From positions 864,001-928,000 of the forward strand of contig CAVVUN010000015.1 in the NCBI GenBank assembly GCA_963751455.1: a DNA stretch of 64,000 bases. Reading direction: 5' to 3'. This stretch comes from Nitrospirota bacterium (GTDB lineage: Bacteria > Nitrospirota > UBA9217). Below, piece after piece: positions 29,613 through 40,151 of the stretch (within the stretch, counting starts at the first letter, position 1; each line of letters starts with the position of its first letter). The notes below the pieces were generated by a model. The model did no database searches and had not been told where the DNA came from. It saw only the letters and a program-made list of their open reading frames with translations. The position numbers and the translations under genes are program-made.

Positions 29613-30358
29613 AGTTTTTTCACGTTCTCCCATGTACCGAGTGTGTATGAAGTCAGCAGTGTCATGCTGTCCGTCACGAGGAGCACCCCCATGGCGACCA
29701 GTACGATACCGCTTAGAATCTTTATTGCCTTAAAATGCCGTCTCAGCTTTTCAAAGGATGAGAGAAAGGCTGTGATGGCGATCGCGGAAAGGATAAAGGG
29801 AACGCCCAGACCGAGCGAGTAAAAAGTCAGAAGGGCCATCCCCCTGAACAGGGTTTCAGTCGTCATTGCAAGAGCCAGGACTGAACCGAGAAAGGGCCCT
29901 GTGCATGGCGTCCATCCAGCCCCGAAAATTACACCGACGAGTACTGTGCCCAGGTAGCCGGCCGGCCTCGTTTTGAGATGCAATTTTGCTTCCCGCTGAA
30001 GAAAGGGTATATTCACCACATCCATCACGAATATTCCCATAATAATGATGAGGATGCCGCCGACTATTCGAATAGTGTCAAGGTGCTGCGCCAGGAGGCT
30101 TCCTGCGAGACTTGCAGTGGCACCGAGCAGCACGAAGATGATCGAAAAACCCGCCACGAACGCCACAGAGTGGAGCAGAGTCGTGTGCAGGTTCTTTCTG
30201 CGCGACTCACGGCTTACAAGTTCGTCATAGCTGATTCCGGTTATATACGATACATAGGAAGGGATAAGGGGCAAGATGCAGGGAGAGGCGAACGAAATGA
30301 TGCCCATGGTGAGCGAATACAGCAGGATGTACGGCGTCAATCCTTGCGATAAATCCAT
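29606..30358 (-). CDS. ccdA: cytochrome c biogenesis thiol-disulfide transporter
   Basis: SFASPCILPLIP and GWTPCTGPFL motifs, six TM segments. Confidence 0.92.
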   Translation of the reverse strand: MDLSQGLTPYILLYSLTMGIISFASPCILPLIPSYVSYITGISYDELVSRESRRKNLHTTLLHSVAFVAGFSIIFVLLGATASLAGSLLAQHLDTIRIVGGILIIIMGIFVMDVVNIPFLQREAKLHLKTRPAGYLGTVLVGVIFGAGWTPCTGPFLGSVLALAMTTETLFRGMALLTFYSLGLGVPFILSAIAITAFLSSFEKLRRHFKAIKILSGIVLVAMGVLLVTDSMTLLTSYTLGTWENVKKLW

Positions 30359-30573
30359 GGAAACAGCGGTCCCCCTTAACCCGTGGGTATAATACCAAAG
30401 CAGAATAAATATAGTCAAGAAAAACTTTTATTATTTTCGATTTGACTTGATCTAAAAGTAGAATTTATATGCTATTTAGCTCTGCCTACGGAAATACTCT
30501 TAAATAAACAAAACGCCGGCGCTGTGGAACGCAGCATTTATGTGGTTCTAAAAACTTTTTATTTAGATTTTGC

Positions 30574-30601
30574 TTGACATTTACGCAACTATGGTTACAA
30601 T
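30574..30601 (+). promoter_or_regulatory. sigma70-type promoter
   Basis: TTGACA-N16-TACAAT upstream of the 57-aa ORF. Confidence 0.55.
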
Positions 30602-30640
30602 GCACAGGTTTGTGCGAGATTTAACCGGAGGTGATGTGCC

Positions 30641-30814
30641 ATGGCAGAAATGAGCAAAACAGCAAAAGCAGCCACAAAAAAGGCTATTGTTAACTTAAAC
30701 GTTCCGCAATGTTGCGGCAAACCGATGCAGGCTGCGAAAATGATGACGACAACCGGCAAGGTGCGCGGCATGATGTGGCTTTGCGACAAATGCTGGAAAG
30801 AGAAGGTCATCTAA
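30641..30814 (+). CDS. 57-aa basic zinc-ribbon-like protein (absent from the ORF track)
   Basis: GGAGGTGA RBS; MAEMSK..QCCGKPM..WLCDKCWKEKVI; own promoter and terminator. Confidence 0.75.
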   Translation: MAEMSKTAKAATKKAIVNLNVPQCCGKPMQAAKMMTTTGKVRGMMWLCDKCWKEKVI

Positions 30815-30838
30815 AACTTTTTCCAGAGACTTTCGACC

Positions 30839-30872
30839 GAAGGCTGTGACTTGTCACCGCCTTCTTTTTTTT
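30839..30872 (+). terminator. intrinsic terminator
   Basis: gaaggctgtgac ttgtcaccgccttc hairpin followed by a T run. Confidence 0.75.
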
Positions 30873-31087
30873 GAATCCCGTGTTGCAAAGCCCACCTTTT
30901 TTCCCGGTTCTTCCTTTTTTCCCCTGAAGTCTTGTTGTTCCGTTTCTTCCTAAAAAAGCGGGGCGAACCTTGTTCTCTCTTTTTTTCGTTTATAAACGGA
31001 TGCTTGACTTTATAACGGTTGAGATGCTATTATCCACCCTGTTTTGCTGATGAATCAAGTATTTGAGAGCGAAAGGGTTTAACCATC

Positions 31088-32857
31088 GTGAAGTCGAAAA
31101 AGACGCACACCTGCGGAGAATTGACGAAACAAAACATAAACGAGAATGTTACCCTGATGGGGTGGGTGAACACGAGAAGGGACCACGGAGGGCTTATCTT
31201 CATAGATTTGCGCGACCGCAGAGGCATCACGCAGGCAGTCATCAACCCCGAGACGTCATCGGAAGCCCATAAGCTGGCGCGCGACATCCGCAGTGAATTC
31301 GTGGTTGCCGTAACCGGCAGGGTCGCCGCCAGGCCGGGCAACACGGTAAATCAAAAGCTTCCGACCGGAGAAATCGAAGTGCTGGTTAACGAACTTTCGA
31401 TTCTGAACCCGTCAAAACCGCTGCCGTTCATGATAGAGGACGAGACGGATGTAGCTGAAAGTCTGCGGCTCAGATATCGCTACCTCGACCTCAGACGTCC
31501 AAGCCTTCAGAATGTCCTTTTTACCAGGCATACGATAACCAGGACCGTCCGGCGTTTTCTCGACGACCACGGATTCATCGATATTGAGACCCCTTTTTTA
31601 ACGAAAAGCACGCCGGAGGGGGCGCGCGATTACCTGGTCCCCAGCAGAGTGAATCCCGGCATGTTTTACGCGCTGCCGCAATCGCCTCAGCTCTTCAAGC
31701 AGATCCTGATGGTGGCCGGATTTGAGCGGTACTATCAGATCGTAAAGTGCTTCCGTGACGAGGATCTTCGGGCCGACCGCCAGCCCGAGTTTACCCAGAT
31801 CGACCTGGAAATGTCCTTTGTCGGAGAAGATGACGTTATGTCGCTGATGGAGCAGCTTCTGGCCGCTGTATTTAACGCGGTCAAAGGGATGGAGCTTGTA
31901 CTGCCGTTCCCGCGGCTGACCTACCGCGATGCAATGGACCGCTACGGCTCGGACAAGCCGGATACCCGGTTCGGTCTTGAGCTCAAGGACATTTCCGATA
32001 TTGCGAAGGTGTGCGATTTTAAAGTCTTCCTGCAGGCTGTGGAACAGGGCGGACAGGTGAAGGGATTCGCGGCGCCGGGCATGGCCGGAATTTCCCGAAA
32101 AGAGGTGGACGACCTGACCAACGACGCAAAGGTCTTCGGTGCGAAAGGCCTGGCCTGGATCAAGGTCACGGAAAAGGGGTATGAATCTCCGATCGCTAAG
32201 TTCTTTAAAGAAGGGCAGATCGGTCACATCGCCGCAAAGCTCTCGGCAAAGCCCGGCGACCTCATGCTGTTCATTGCCGACAATGTGAAGATCGTGGCTG
32301 AGACGCTCGGGTTCCTCAGGCAACTGATTGCCCGGCGGTTGAATATGATCGATGAAACGAAATTCAATTTTCTCTGGGTCACAGATTTTCCGCTCGTCGA
32401 GTGGAACCCGGACGAGAAGCGCTACGACGCAATGCATCATCCTTTTACAGCCCCGAGGGATGAGGACCTTGAGTTCATGGAATCAGACCCGCTCAAGGTC
32501 AGGGCAAAGGCTTACGACATCGTGCTGAACGGCGCGGAAATAGGCGGAGGCAGCATTCGCATCCATCGTTCTGAAATTCAGTCCAAGATGTTCGGTCTGC
32601 TCAACATTGCCGAAGAAGACGCGCGGAAGAAATTCGGCTTTCTGCTCGAAGCTCTCGAGTTCGGCGCTCCGCCTCACGGCGGCCTGGCTTTCGGCCTGGA
32701 CCGCTTGACCGCCATCCTGACCGGAGCCACTTCTATCCGCGACGTCATAGCCTTCCCGAAGACCCAGAAGGCGGTCTGCGTCATGACCGAGGCGCCGTCG
32801 AAAGTTACTCCCGCACAGCTAAGAGACCTGTCGATAAAGCTTGATATCGTGGAATAA
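31088..32857 (+). CDS. aspS: aspartate--tRNA ligase
   Basis: [43 protein letters not shown]. Confidence 0.98.
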   Translation: MKSKKTHTCGELTKQNINENVTLMGWVNTRRDHGGLIFIDLRDRRGITQAVINPETSSEAHKLARDIRSEFVVAVTGRVAARPGNTVNQKLPTGEIEVLVNELSILNPSKPLPFMIEDETDVAESLRLRYRYLDLRRPSLQNVLFTRHTITRTVRRFLDDHGFIDIETPFLTKSTPEGARDYLVPSRVNPGMFYALPQSPQLFKQILMVAGFERYYQIVKCFRDEDLRADRQPEFTQIDLEMSFVGEDDVMSLMEQLLAAVFNAVKGMELVLPFPRLTYRDAMDRYGSDKPDTRFGLELKDISDIAKVCDFKVFLQAVEQGGQVKGFAAPGMAGISRKEVDDLTNDAKVFGAKGLAWIKVTEKGYESPIAKFFKEGQIGHIAAKLSAKPGDLMLFIADNVKIVAETLGFLRQLIARRLNMIDETKFNFLWVTDFPLVEWNPDEKRYDAMHHPFTAPRDEDLEFMESDPLKVRAKAYDIVLNGAEIGGGSIRIHRSEIQSKMFGLLNIAEEDARKKFGFLLEALEFGAPPHGGLAFGLDRLTAILTGATSIRDVIAFPKTQKAVCVMTEAPSKVTPAQLRDLSIKLDIVE

Positions 32858-32973
32858 AAGAGAGAAGGGAAATCCTGCAATCCAGAAGACGGGAAAGCGA
32901 AAGGCATAAGGAGAAGACTTTAGCCCTCCTCAGTATTCATTCTTAAACAGGCTTGGGACCGTGGAGATCTCGC

Positions 32974-33774
32974 ATGCTGTATAAAAGGGTCATTTCAGGA
33001 CTGCTGTTTCTTCCCGTTTTCTATTTTGTTACATGGCGCTTGTCGCCGGTATATTTTGTGGCACTGATACTCGTGGCGGCCGTAGCAGGGCAGAACGAGT
33101 TCTACCGGATGGCCCGGGCCAGGGGCAATCAACCGCAGGCGTTTCTCGGTATCGCGCTCGGCGCGCTTCTGGTCCTCGACTTTTATCAACCGCTGATTGC
33201 CGGTGTGGACCAATTCGACATAATCTCGGCCGGCGTACTCGCGATCATCAGTGCGAGGCTGTTCTCACGCCGCCCGGTTGAAGGAGCCGTCGAGGACGTT
33301 TCAGCAACCGTCCTCGGTGTATTCTATGTTGCGCTGTTGTTCGCATTTCAGATAGCGATACGCACGGGATACAACGGACGGCAGTGGATTGTTTTTCTGT
33401 ACTTTGTTATCTGGGCGTCCGATATCGGCGCATATTCCATAGGAATACCCTTCGGCAAACACCGGCTTTATGAAAAAGTGAGCCCGAAGAAAAGCATTGA
33501 GGGATTTATCGGCGCGCTGGCCGCTTCTGCGCTGATGGCGCTCCTCTGCAGAATCTGGTTCATGCCCCCTGTAGGCGTCGCGGAGTCGATCGGAATAGGG
33601 CTTGTTTTAGCCCTGGTCGGCACCGTTGGCGACCTCTCTGAATCGCTGTTCAAACGGTCCGCCGGGGTAAAGGACTCAGGAGCGATAATCCCCGGCCACG
33701 GCGGAATTCTCGACCGCATGGACAGCATGCTTTTTGCGGCTCCGGTGCTGTATTATTACTTGAAGATGAAATAA
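32974..33774 (+). CDS. cdsA: phosphatidate cytidylyltransferase
   Basis: SPKKSIEG, GDLSESLFKR..KDSG..PGHGGILDRMDS. Confidence 0.96.
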   Translation: MLYKRVISGLLFLPVFYFVTWRLSPVYFVALILVAAVAGQNEFYRMARARGNQPQAFLGIALGALLVLDFYQPLIAGVDQFDIISAGVLAIISARLFSRRPVEGAVEDVSATVLGVFYVALLFAFQIAIRTGYNGRQWIVFLYFVIWASDIGAYSIGIPFGKHRLYEKVSPKKSIEGFIGALAASALMALLCRIWFMPPVGVAESIGIGLVLALVGTVGDLSESLFKRSAGVKDSGAIIPGHGGILDRMDSMLFAAPVLYYYLKMK

Positions 33775-33783
33775 GGCGAATAA

Positions 33784-33850
33784 ACAGAAGCCAGAAGCCG
33801 GAAGTCAGAAGAAAACATTACTTTTGCCTCCCGATTCCTTTCTCCTGACT
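33784..33850. repeat. 7-mer tandem inverted repeat (cagaagc / tcctgac)
   Basis: cagaagccagaagccggaagtcagaa versus ctcccgattcctttctcctgact; similar at 37540-37618. Confidence 0.65.
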
Positions 33851-33854
33851 CGAC

Positions 33855-35012
33855 ATGGTAAAAAGAATCTCCATACTTGGCTCTACCGGCTCCATAGGAA
33901 AGTCCACGCTTTCGGTTGTCGAACAGTTTCCCGAACGTTTCAAAATCGTCGCTCTGGCAGCGGGAAACAATGTCGAGCTGCTTGAAAGGCAGATCCGAAA
34001 ATTCAGCCCGTCACTGGTTTCCGTTCTGAGCCCTGCATCCGCCGAGGATTTGAAAAAACGGTGCGCGGGTCTCCCGGTCCGGGTCCTCTCCGGAATTGAA
34101 GGCATGATCGAGGTTGCGACCGCACCGGATGCAACCGTTACCGTCTCAGCCATCGTCGGGACGGCCGGTCTTGTACCGACCGTGGCCGCAATTCGTTCCG
34201 GCAAAACCATCGCGCTCGCAAATAAAGAGGTTCTCGTGAGCGCCGGTGAACTGGTTATGGCGGAAAGCCGTTCTTGCGGAGTACGGATACTTCCCGTTGA
34301 CAGCGAGCATAGCGCCATTTTTCAATGCTTGCAGGCAGGCGAGAGCAGGGACATCAGAAAATTAATACTGACGGCATCAGGCGGCCCTTTCAGAAGTTTT
34401 TCAAAAAAAGACATGGAGTCCGCAACACCGGAACAGGCCCTCCGGCATCCCAACTGGAGCATGGGCAGGAAAATTACGATCGATTCAGCAACGCTGATGA
34501 ACAAGGGACTGGAAGTGATCGAAGCGCGCTGGCTCTTCGATATCGAGCCGGAGAGGATCACGGTGCTGGTTCATCCGCAGAGCATCATCCATTCCATGGT
34601 TGAATACACGGACGGAGCGGTGGTAGCGCAGCTCGGCGTGCCGGACATGAAAGGACCTATCGCATACGCCCTTTCATATCCGGAACGGCTCCGGAATGTT
34701 TCACCCGAACTTGATCTCGCGGCTGTCGGCACGCTCACCTTTGAGCAGCCCGACCGGGAACGCTTTCCCTGCCTGGATTATGCATATCAGGCGCTGAAGA
34801 CCGGCGGCAGCCTGCCGGCTGTTCTTTCCGCAGCGAATGAAACCGCGGTAAAATATTTTCTTGACCAAAAAATAGGCTATGCCGATATAGGCAACGTTAT
34901 AAAAAAGACAATAGATGCGCACAAGCCGTATCAGATCAAGGTAGTAGAGGATGTGCTCAAGGCCGATTCTTGGGCCAGGCAGGAAGCAGAAAAAATAATA
35001 GGAAAATGTTAG
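33855..35012 (+). CDS. dxr: 1-deoxy-D-xylulose-5-phosphate reductoisomerase
   Basis: GSTGSIG, LANKE, PVDSEH, TASGGPF, HPNWSMG.KITIDSA. Confidence 0.98.
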   Translation: MVKRISILGSTGSIGKSTLSVVEQFPERFKIVALAAGNNVELLERQIRKFSPSLVSVLSPASAEDLKKRCAGLPVRVLSGIEGMIEVATAPDATVTVSAIVGTAGLVPTVAAIRSGKTIALANKEVLVSAGELVMAESRSCGVRILPVDSEHSAIFQCLQAGESRDIRKLILTASGGPFRSFSKKDMESATPEQALRHPNWSMGRKITIDSATLMNKGLEVIEARWLFDIEPERITVLVHPQSIIHSMVEYTDGAVVAQLGVPDMKGPIAYALSYPERLRNVSPELDLAAVGTLTFEQPDRERFPCLDYAYQALKTGGSLPAVLSAANETAVKYFLDQKIGYADIGNVIKKTIDAHKPYQIKVVEDVLKADSWARQEAEKIIGKC

Positions 35013-35052
35013 ACTTAAGATTAGAATTCAGACAGAGGGTAGAGGAGAAGGC

Positions 35053-36336
35053 ATGACGCTGATCTATTTTTTGATCGTTATCGGCATTCTCGTGTTCGTC
35101 CACGAGTTCGGTCATTTTATTATGGCTAAACGCGCGGGGGTACGCGTGGAGAAATTCTCGCTCGGCATGGGGCCAAAGCTGTTCGGTTTCAAAAAGGGAG
35201 ATACCGAATACGTTATCTCGGCGCTGCCGCTTGGCGGATACGTGAAGATGGCGGGGGAAAATCCTGATGAGGAGCCCACGGGAGCGCCCGACGAGTTCCA
35301 CTCGAAGACCGTATGGCAGCGGATCAAGATCGCCGTGACCGGACCGCTTACGAATATTCTGCTGGCGTTCATCGTGATGCCGTTCGTATTCATGATCGGT
35401 ACATATTCAGAGGGCCCGGCCAAGGTCGGGTATGTCGAGAAGGATTCCCCTGCCGAGCGGTCCGGATTCGAAGCCGGAGACATGATCGTAAAGATTGACG
35501 GAAGACGTATTGACGACTGGATAAAAGCCTTGTCCCTGATCGCTGTAAACCCGGGAACCGACGTTACCGTCACGGTCGAACGGAGTGGAGAACTAAAAAA
35601 ACTGATACTCAGGCCGGAAGCGGCCACGGACCTCAAGATCGGCACCTCGGGTCTTGTGCCGGATATGCCGGCGGAGGTCGGCAGACTGAAGCCGGGGTTC
35701 CCCGCCGAGAAGGCAGGACTCAAAATTAACGACAAAGTGATTGCAGTAGACGAAAAGACCGTGTTTCACTGGAACCAGTTTTCGGCGCTGGTCCGCGACA
35801 GCAAGGGTAAGAAACTGACGCTTACCGTCGAACGCGACGGGAAACGGATGCAAATCCCGGTTGTGCCCGCCGAAGACGGAGGACGGTTCGTCATCGGCGT
35901 CGAGCCCATCCTCAGGATGGTATTCAAGAAACACGGGTTTTTCGAGTCACTGCAGTTGGGGTTTGACAAGACGCTGGAGGCCATAGACCTCACGTACATT
36001 ACGCTTCAAAAACTTCTAACGTTCAATCTCTCAATAAAAACGCTTGGCGGTCCGGTCATGATAGCGCAGATGTCGGGCCAGGCAGCCGCGGCCGGGCTCT
36101 CGGCCTTTCTCTCGCTTCTCGCCATGATCAGCATATCTCTCGGGCTCCTGAACCTGCTCCCCATCCCGATCCTCGACGGCGGCATGGTGTTGTTCCTGAT
36201 TATAGAGGCGGTCCGCAAAAAGCCGCTGGCTCGCAGGACCATGGAAATCGCGCAGAGCATCGGAGCGGCCGTGCTGATCAGTCTGATCGCCGTCGTTTCC
36301 TATAACGACATCATGAGAATGTTCTTCAGCAAATAA
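35053..36336 (+). CDS. rseP: RIP metalloprotease RseP
   Basis: HEFGH, PLGGYV, two PDZ domains, NLLPIPILDGG. Confidence 0.96.
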   Translation: MTLIYFLIVIGILVFVHEFGHFIMAKRAGVRVEKFSLGMGPKLFGFKKGDTEYVISALPLGGYVKMAGENPDEEPTGAPDEFHSKTVWQRIKIAVTGPLTNILLAFIVMPFVFMIGTYSEGPAKVGYVEKDSPAERSGFEAGDMIVKIDGRRIDDWIKALSLIAVNPGTDVTVTVERSGELKKLILRPEAATDLKIGTSGLVPDMPAEVGRLKPGFPAEKAGLKINDKVIAVDEKTVFHWNQFSALVRDSKGKKLTLTVERDGKRMQIPVVPAEDGGRFVIGVEPILRMVFKKHGFFESLQLGFDKTLEAIDLTYITLQKLLTFNLSIKTLGGPVMIAQMSGQAAAAGLSAFLSLLAMISISLGLLNLLPIPILDGGMVLFLIIEAVRKKPLARRTMEIAQSIGAAVLISLIAVVSYNDIMRMFFSK

Positions 36337-36343
36337 TAAATTC

Positions 36344-36435
36344 CGCCACGAAGGCGCTAAGGCACGAAGAATTGGTTTGTTAAATAAAGATTCTTCGTCT
36401 TTTTCGTTTCTTCGGGTCTTCGTGTCTTTGTGGCG
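36344..36435. repeat. 8-mer tandem inverted repeat (cacgaagg / cttcgtg)
   Basis: cgccacgaaggcgctaaggcacgaag versus cttcgggtcttcgtgtctttgtggcg. Confidence 0.7.
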
Positions 36436-36464
36436 ATTCCCTTGGTTGTGGATTTTTCATAACG

Positions 36465-37547
36465 ATGAGCAACACCATTCCCCGAAAAAAAACAAAACAA
36501 ATCACCGTGAGAGGCGTGAAGATCGGCGGCGGAGCGCCCGTCGCGGTCCAATCCATGTGCAACACGGATACGCGCGACGTGCCGAAGACCATCCAGCAGA
36601 TCGGCCGACTGGAGCAGGCCGGCTGTGAAATCGTGCGACTTGCCGTGCCCGACATGGATGCGGCAAAAGCGATCCATAAAATCAGGCAACACGTTCATAT
36701 TCCTCTGATCGCCGACATACACTTCGACTACCGTCTGGCAATCGAGGCAGTGAAGCAGGGCATCGACGGCCTCAGGATCAATCCAGGAAATATCGGGGGC
36801 AGGGACAAGGTTTCCGAAGTAGTGCGCGCATGCAAAGACAGGGGCATTCCTATCAGGATCGGAGTAAACGCGGGATCGCTCGAAAAGCCTCTTCTCGAAA
36901 AGTACGGGCATCCCGCGCCCGAGGCTATCGTCGAGAGCGCGTTTGGACATATCCGCATCCTTGAAGACCTGAATTTTACGGACGTGAAGGCTTCGCTCAA
37001 GGCATCCGACGTGCTGACCACCGTTGCATCCTATCGTCTCTTTTCGCAACAGTCCGACTATCCGCTTCATATCGGCATCTCCGAGGCCGGTACGATCTTT
37101 TCCGGCACAATCAAATCGAGCGTCGGCCTGGGTATTCTTCTTTCCGAGGGCATCGGCGACACGATGCGTGTTTCGCTCACCGCGGACCCGGTGGAAGAAG
37201 TACGGGTCTCGTACGAAATACTCAAGTCGCTCAAAATCAGGCAGCGCGGAATAAACCTCATCTCCTGTCCGACCTGTGGAAGGACCGAGATCGACATCAT
37301 AGGCCTTGCGCAGGAAGTCGAGCGTCGGCTCGCGCATATCAAAGAACCGATCACCGTCGCGGTCATGGGCTGCGTGGTGAACGGTCCGGGCGAGGCGCGC
37401 GAAGCTGACGCGGGCATTGCGGGAGGCAAGGGCACGGGTCTTCTGTTTAAGTGCGGTGAGATCGTAAAGAAGCTTCCTGAAGCGGAGCTCGCCGATGCGC
37501 TCGTGAAGGAAGTTGAAGAAATCGTTGCGAAAAGCAGAAGACAGTAG
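36465..37547 (+). CDS. ispG: HMBPP synthase
   Basis: VQSM, ADIHF, RINPGN, RIGVNAGS, SCPTCGR, MGCVVNGPGE. Confidence 0.97.
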   Translation: MSNTIPRKKTKQITVRGVKIGGGAPVAVQSMCNTDTRDVPKTIQQIGRLEQAGCEIVRLAVPDMDAAKAIHKIRQHVHIPLIADIHFDYRLAIEAVKQGIDGLRINPGNIGGRDKVSEVVRACKDRGIPIRIGVNAGSLEKPLLEKYGHPAPEAIVESAFGHIRILEDLNFTDVKASLKASDVLTTVASYRLFSQQSDYPLHIGISEAGTIFSGTIKSSVGLGILLSEGIGDTMRVSLTADPVEEVRVSYEILKSLKIRQRGINLISCPTCGRTEIDIIGLAQEVERRLAHIKEPITVAVMGCVVNGPGEAREADAGIAGGKGTGLLFKCGEIVKKLPEAELADALVKEVEEIVAKSRRQ

Positions 37548-37631
37548 ACAGAAGTCAGGAGTCAGAAGTGGAGTACCATGCCTTTTTCCCTGACTCCTGT
37601 CTCCTGAATTCTGTATTCCCAGGAGGTTTTC

Positions 37632-39320
37632 ATGCGTTATTCACATCTCTTCATCCCGACATTGAAAGAGGCGCCGTCCGAAGCCGAAGCGGTTTCGCAC
37701 AAGCTGATGGTGCGCGCCGGGTACGTGCGGCAGCTTGCAGCGGGCTTGTATATGTACCTCCCGCTCGGCCAGCGGGTGATGAACAAGATCAACCAGATCA
37801 TACGGGAAGAGATGAACGCCATAGGCGGCCAGGAAGTCACGATGCCGGTCCTGAACCCTGCCGAGGTCTGGCAGCAGACCGGACGATGGGATGCGATCGG
37901 CAACGAGATGTTCCGCCTGAAGGACCGGGGCGACCGGGATATGTGTCTTGCGATGACACACGAAGAGACGATGACGTGGCTTGCGGCCCATGACCTTCGC
38001 TCCTACCGGGACCTGCCCCAGATCTGGTACCAGATCCAGACCAAGCTCAGGGACGAGGCCCGGCCCAAGAGCGGGATACTCAGGACCCGCGAGTTCACCA
38101 TGAAGGACTCATACAGCTTCGATTGTGATGAAGAGGGACTCGACAAGTCATATCAGCTTCATCTCGAAGCATATAAAAAGATCTATTCACGATGCGGCAT
38201 CAAGTTCCACGTCGTCCAGAGCGATACGGGAATGATGGGCGGCTCAATGGCACACGAGTACATGGCGCCGTCGCCCGCGGGCGAGGACCTGGTTGCGCTC
38301 TGCGACAACTGCGGGTACGCGGCCAACGTGGAACTCGCGTTGTCGGCTCCGAAGAGTCCTGATTTTCCGGACTGGAAGTATGAGGAAATTTCTACGCCGG
38401 AAAAACGGACCATCGAGGAAGTGACCCGTTTCCTGAAAGTGAAACCCGAGCTCCTGATCAAGTCCATTCTGGTAATAAGCGAGCAGGGACCTGTGCTTGC
38501 GCTCGTGCGCGGGGACCAGACCCTGCATGAGAAGAAACTCGCTAAGCTTATCGGTCCCCATCGTCCCGCATTGAAGGAGGAAGTAAAGGAGCACCTGGGT
38601 GTACCCGCGGGCTTCATCGGACCTATGGGGCATACCATCAGGAAGATCGCCGATCCGGTCCTGAAGGAGGGAATCTATGCGGCCGGCGCGAACAAGGAAG
38701 GCTATCATGTGAAAGGAGTGCGTGCGGGTCGGGATTTCGAGGCGGAATTTGCCGATATTCACTTCGCGTCCGAAGGCGATGCCTGCGTTCAATGCGGAAA
38801 GCCGCTGCGCATCGAGCGCGTGATCGAGATCGGGAATATCTTTAAGCTCGGCGCCAAATACTCGGTTCCGCTCAAGGCAAACTATCTTGACGAAAACGGC
38901 CTGGAGAAGCCGATCATCATGGGTAGTTACGGCATCGGCCCGGCGCGCATCGCGGCCGCAGCCGTGGAGCAGGGCAATGATGAGAACGGCATGATCTGGC
39001 CGCTCACTATCGCGCCATACCAGGTAATGGTACTGCCCGTCAACGTCAGAGACCCGAAGTCCATGGACATTGCCGAAGAAATGCATACCGCACTCGAGGA
39101 AAAAGGTTTCGAGGTCCTGATGGACGACCGGGACGAACGCGCGGGCATCAAGTTCAAGGATGCGGACCTTATCGGCATTCCCTACCGCGTTATTATCGGA
39201 GAGAAAAACCTGAAAGACGGCCTCGTTGAAGTCAAAGAGCGGAAAACCGGCCGCATCGAAAAGGTCAAACTTGAAGAGGCCATCGAAAAAATAACGAAGA
39301 CCCTGCTGCTGGAAATATAA
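37632..39320 (+). CDS. proS: proline--tRNA ligase
   Basis: SHKLMVRAG, THEE, RDEARP..REF.MKDSYSF, editing insertion, KFKDADLIG. Confidence 0.97.
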   Translation: MRYSHLFIPTLKEAPSEAEAVSHKLMVRAGYVRQLAAGLYMYLPLGQRVMNKINQIIREEMNAIGGQEVTMPVLNPAEVWQQTGRWDAIGNEMFRLKDRGDRDMCLAMTHEETMTWLAAHDLRSYRDLPQIWYQIQTKLRDEARPKSGILRTREFTMKDSYSFDCDEEGLDKSYQLHLEAYKKIYSRCGIKFHVVQSDTGMMGGSMAHEYMAPSPAGEDLVALCDNCGYAANVELALSAPKSPDFPDWKYEEISTPEKRTIEEVTRFLKVKPELLIKSILVISEQGPVLALVRGDQTLHEKKLAKLIGPHRPALKEEVKEHLGVPAGFIGPMGHTIRKIADPVLKEGIYAAGANKEGYHVKGVRAGRDFEAEFADIHFASEGDACVQCGKPLRIERVIEIGNIFKLGAKYSVPLKANYLDENGLEKPIIMGSYGIGPARIAAAAVEQGNDENGMIWPLTIAPYQVMVLPVNVRDPKSMDIAEEMHTALEEKGFEVLMDDRDERAGIKFKDADLIGIPYRVIIGEKNLKDGLVEVKERKTGRIEKVKLEEAIEKITKTLLLEI

Positions 39321-39435
39321 GGAGAGGGCAGCCGCACCCGTCTGCGGCCGCATCAACGGCTTGAAAACCGGATTTGGAAGGCTTGAACAGATAATTATAG
39401 TTGGTCAAAAACGTTGATGCTACCCAAAAAAGGCC

Positions 39436-39464
39436 TTGAATTTAAGTTTTAAAGATTCTATAAT
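39436..39464 (+). promoter_or_regulatory. sigma70-type promoter
   Basis: TTGAAT-N17-TATAAT. Confidence 0.65.
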
Positions 39465-39488
39465 TCTTTTTTATGGAGGGTATCGTCA

Positions 39489-39716
39489 ATGGAAGAGATT
39501 GTCAAACTAGCCCTGACCGCCCAGCAGACAGCCGACATTAAAAAGCAGATCGGCTTTGAGCTTCGTGAAATCTATCTGACGAAGCGTTCTCTCAACAAGC
39601 TTCGCGTGTTCCGGCTTCGCCTCAATGAGGAACAGCAGCAGGTGTTGGAAGAGCAGCTCGGCCAGAAAGTGCGTGAACTGACGGTGACCCGTTCGGTGGC
39701 AACGAGGATTCTGTAA
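39489..39716 (+). CDS. 75-aa hypothetical protein with internal duplication
   Basis: GGAGG RBS; two similar units of about 36 aa. Confidence 0.75.
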   Translation: MEEIVKLALTAQQTADIKKQIGFELREIYLTKRSLNKLRVFRLRLNEEQQQVLEEQLGQKVRELTVTRSVATRIL

Positions 39717-39791
39717 ACCCGATATACGTCACTTGTTTTGTTTTTTTCTCTATTTATTTTTTCTATCTTTCCTGAAAGGAGGTGAATATCG

Positions 39792-39983
39792 TTGAAAAAA
39801 TTTATCGGTATCATATCGGCCCTGATATTTGTATTCACCGTCGCTCTCGTCGGCTGCGAAAAAAAGGCTGAGCAGCCAAAAGCCGAACAGCCTGCAATGG
39901 CACCCGTAACCCCGGCGCCCGCGCCCGAGCCGGCACCTGCACCCGCACCCGCTCCGGCGCCCTCAAAACCGGCTAAGAAATAG
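39792..39983 (+). CDS. small Pro/Ala-rich lipoprotein
   Basis: AAGGAGGTG RBS, lipobox LVGC, PAPAPEPAPAP tail. Confidence 0.8.
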   Translation: MKKFIGIISALIFVFTVALVGCEKKAEQPKAEQPAMAPVTPAPAPEPAPAPAPAPAPSKPAKK

Positions 39984-40014
39984 TTTAATGAGTTCCATGA
40001 GGCACACAATCATG

Positions 40015-40040
40015 AGGCCCCCCTTTGAGGGGGCCTTTTA
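40015..40040 (+). terminator. intrinsic terminator
   Basis: aggccccc ctttga gggggcct followed by T-rich tail. Confidence 0.7.
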
Positions 40041-40151
40041 TTTGGAATTTACGGCATCTTTATTCTGAAAAAGGCATATTCGGAAACCGCGTTGCGAAAT
40101 GTCCAAAGAGCTTAAAATACGGTGTACACCGGCAACTATTAAAAGGGCAGT

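Noticed and set aside
30595-30810. 71-aa minus-strand ORF
   Set aside because: Promoter, RBS and terminator all support the plus-strand 57-aa gene instead
32858-32973. Absence of uppS/frr upstream of cdsA
   Set aside because: Ordinary gene-order variation; no remnant visible
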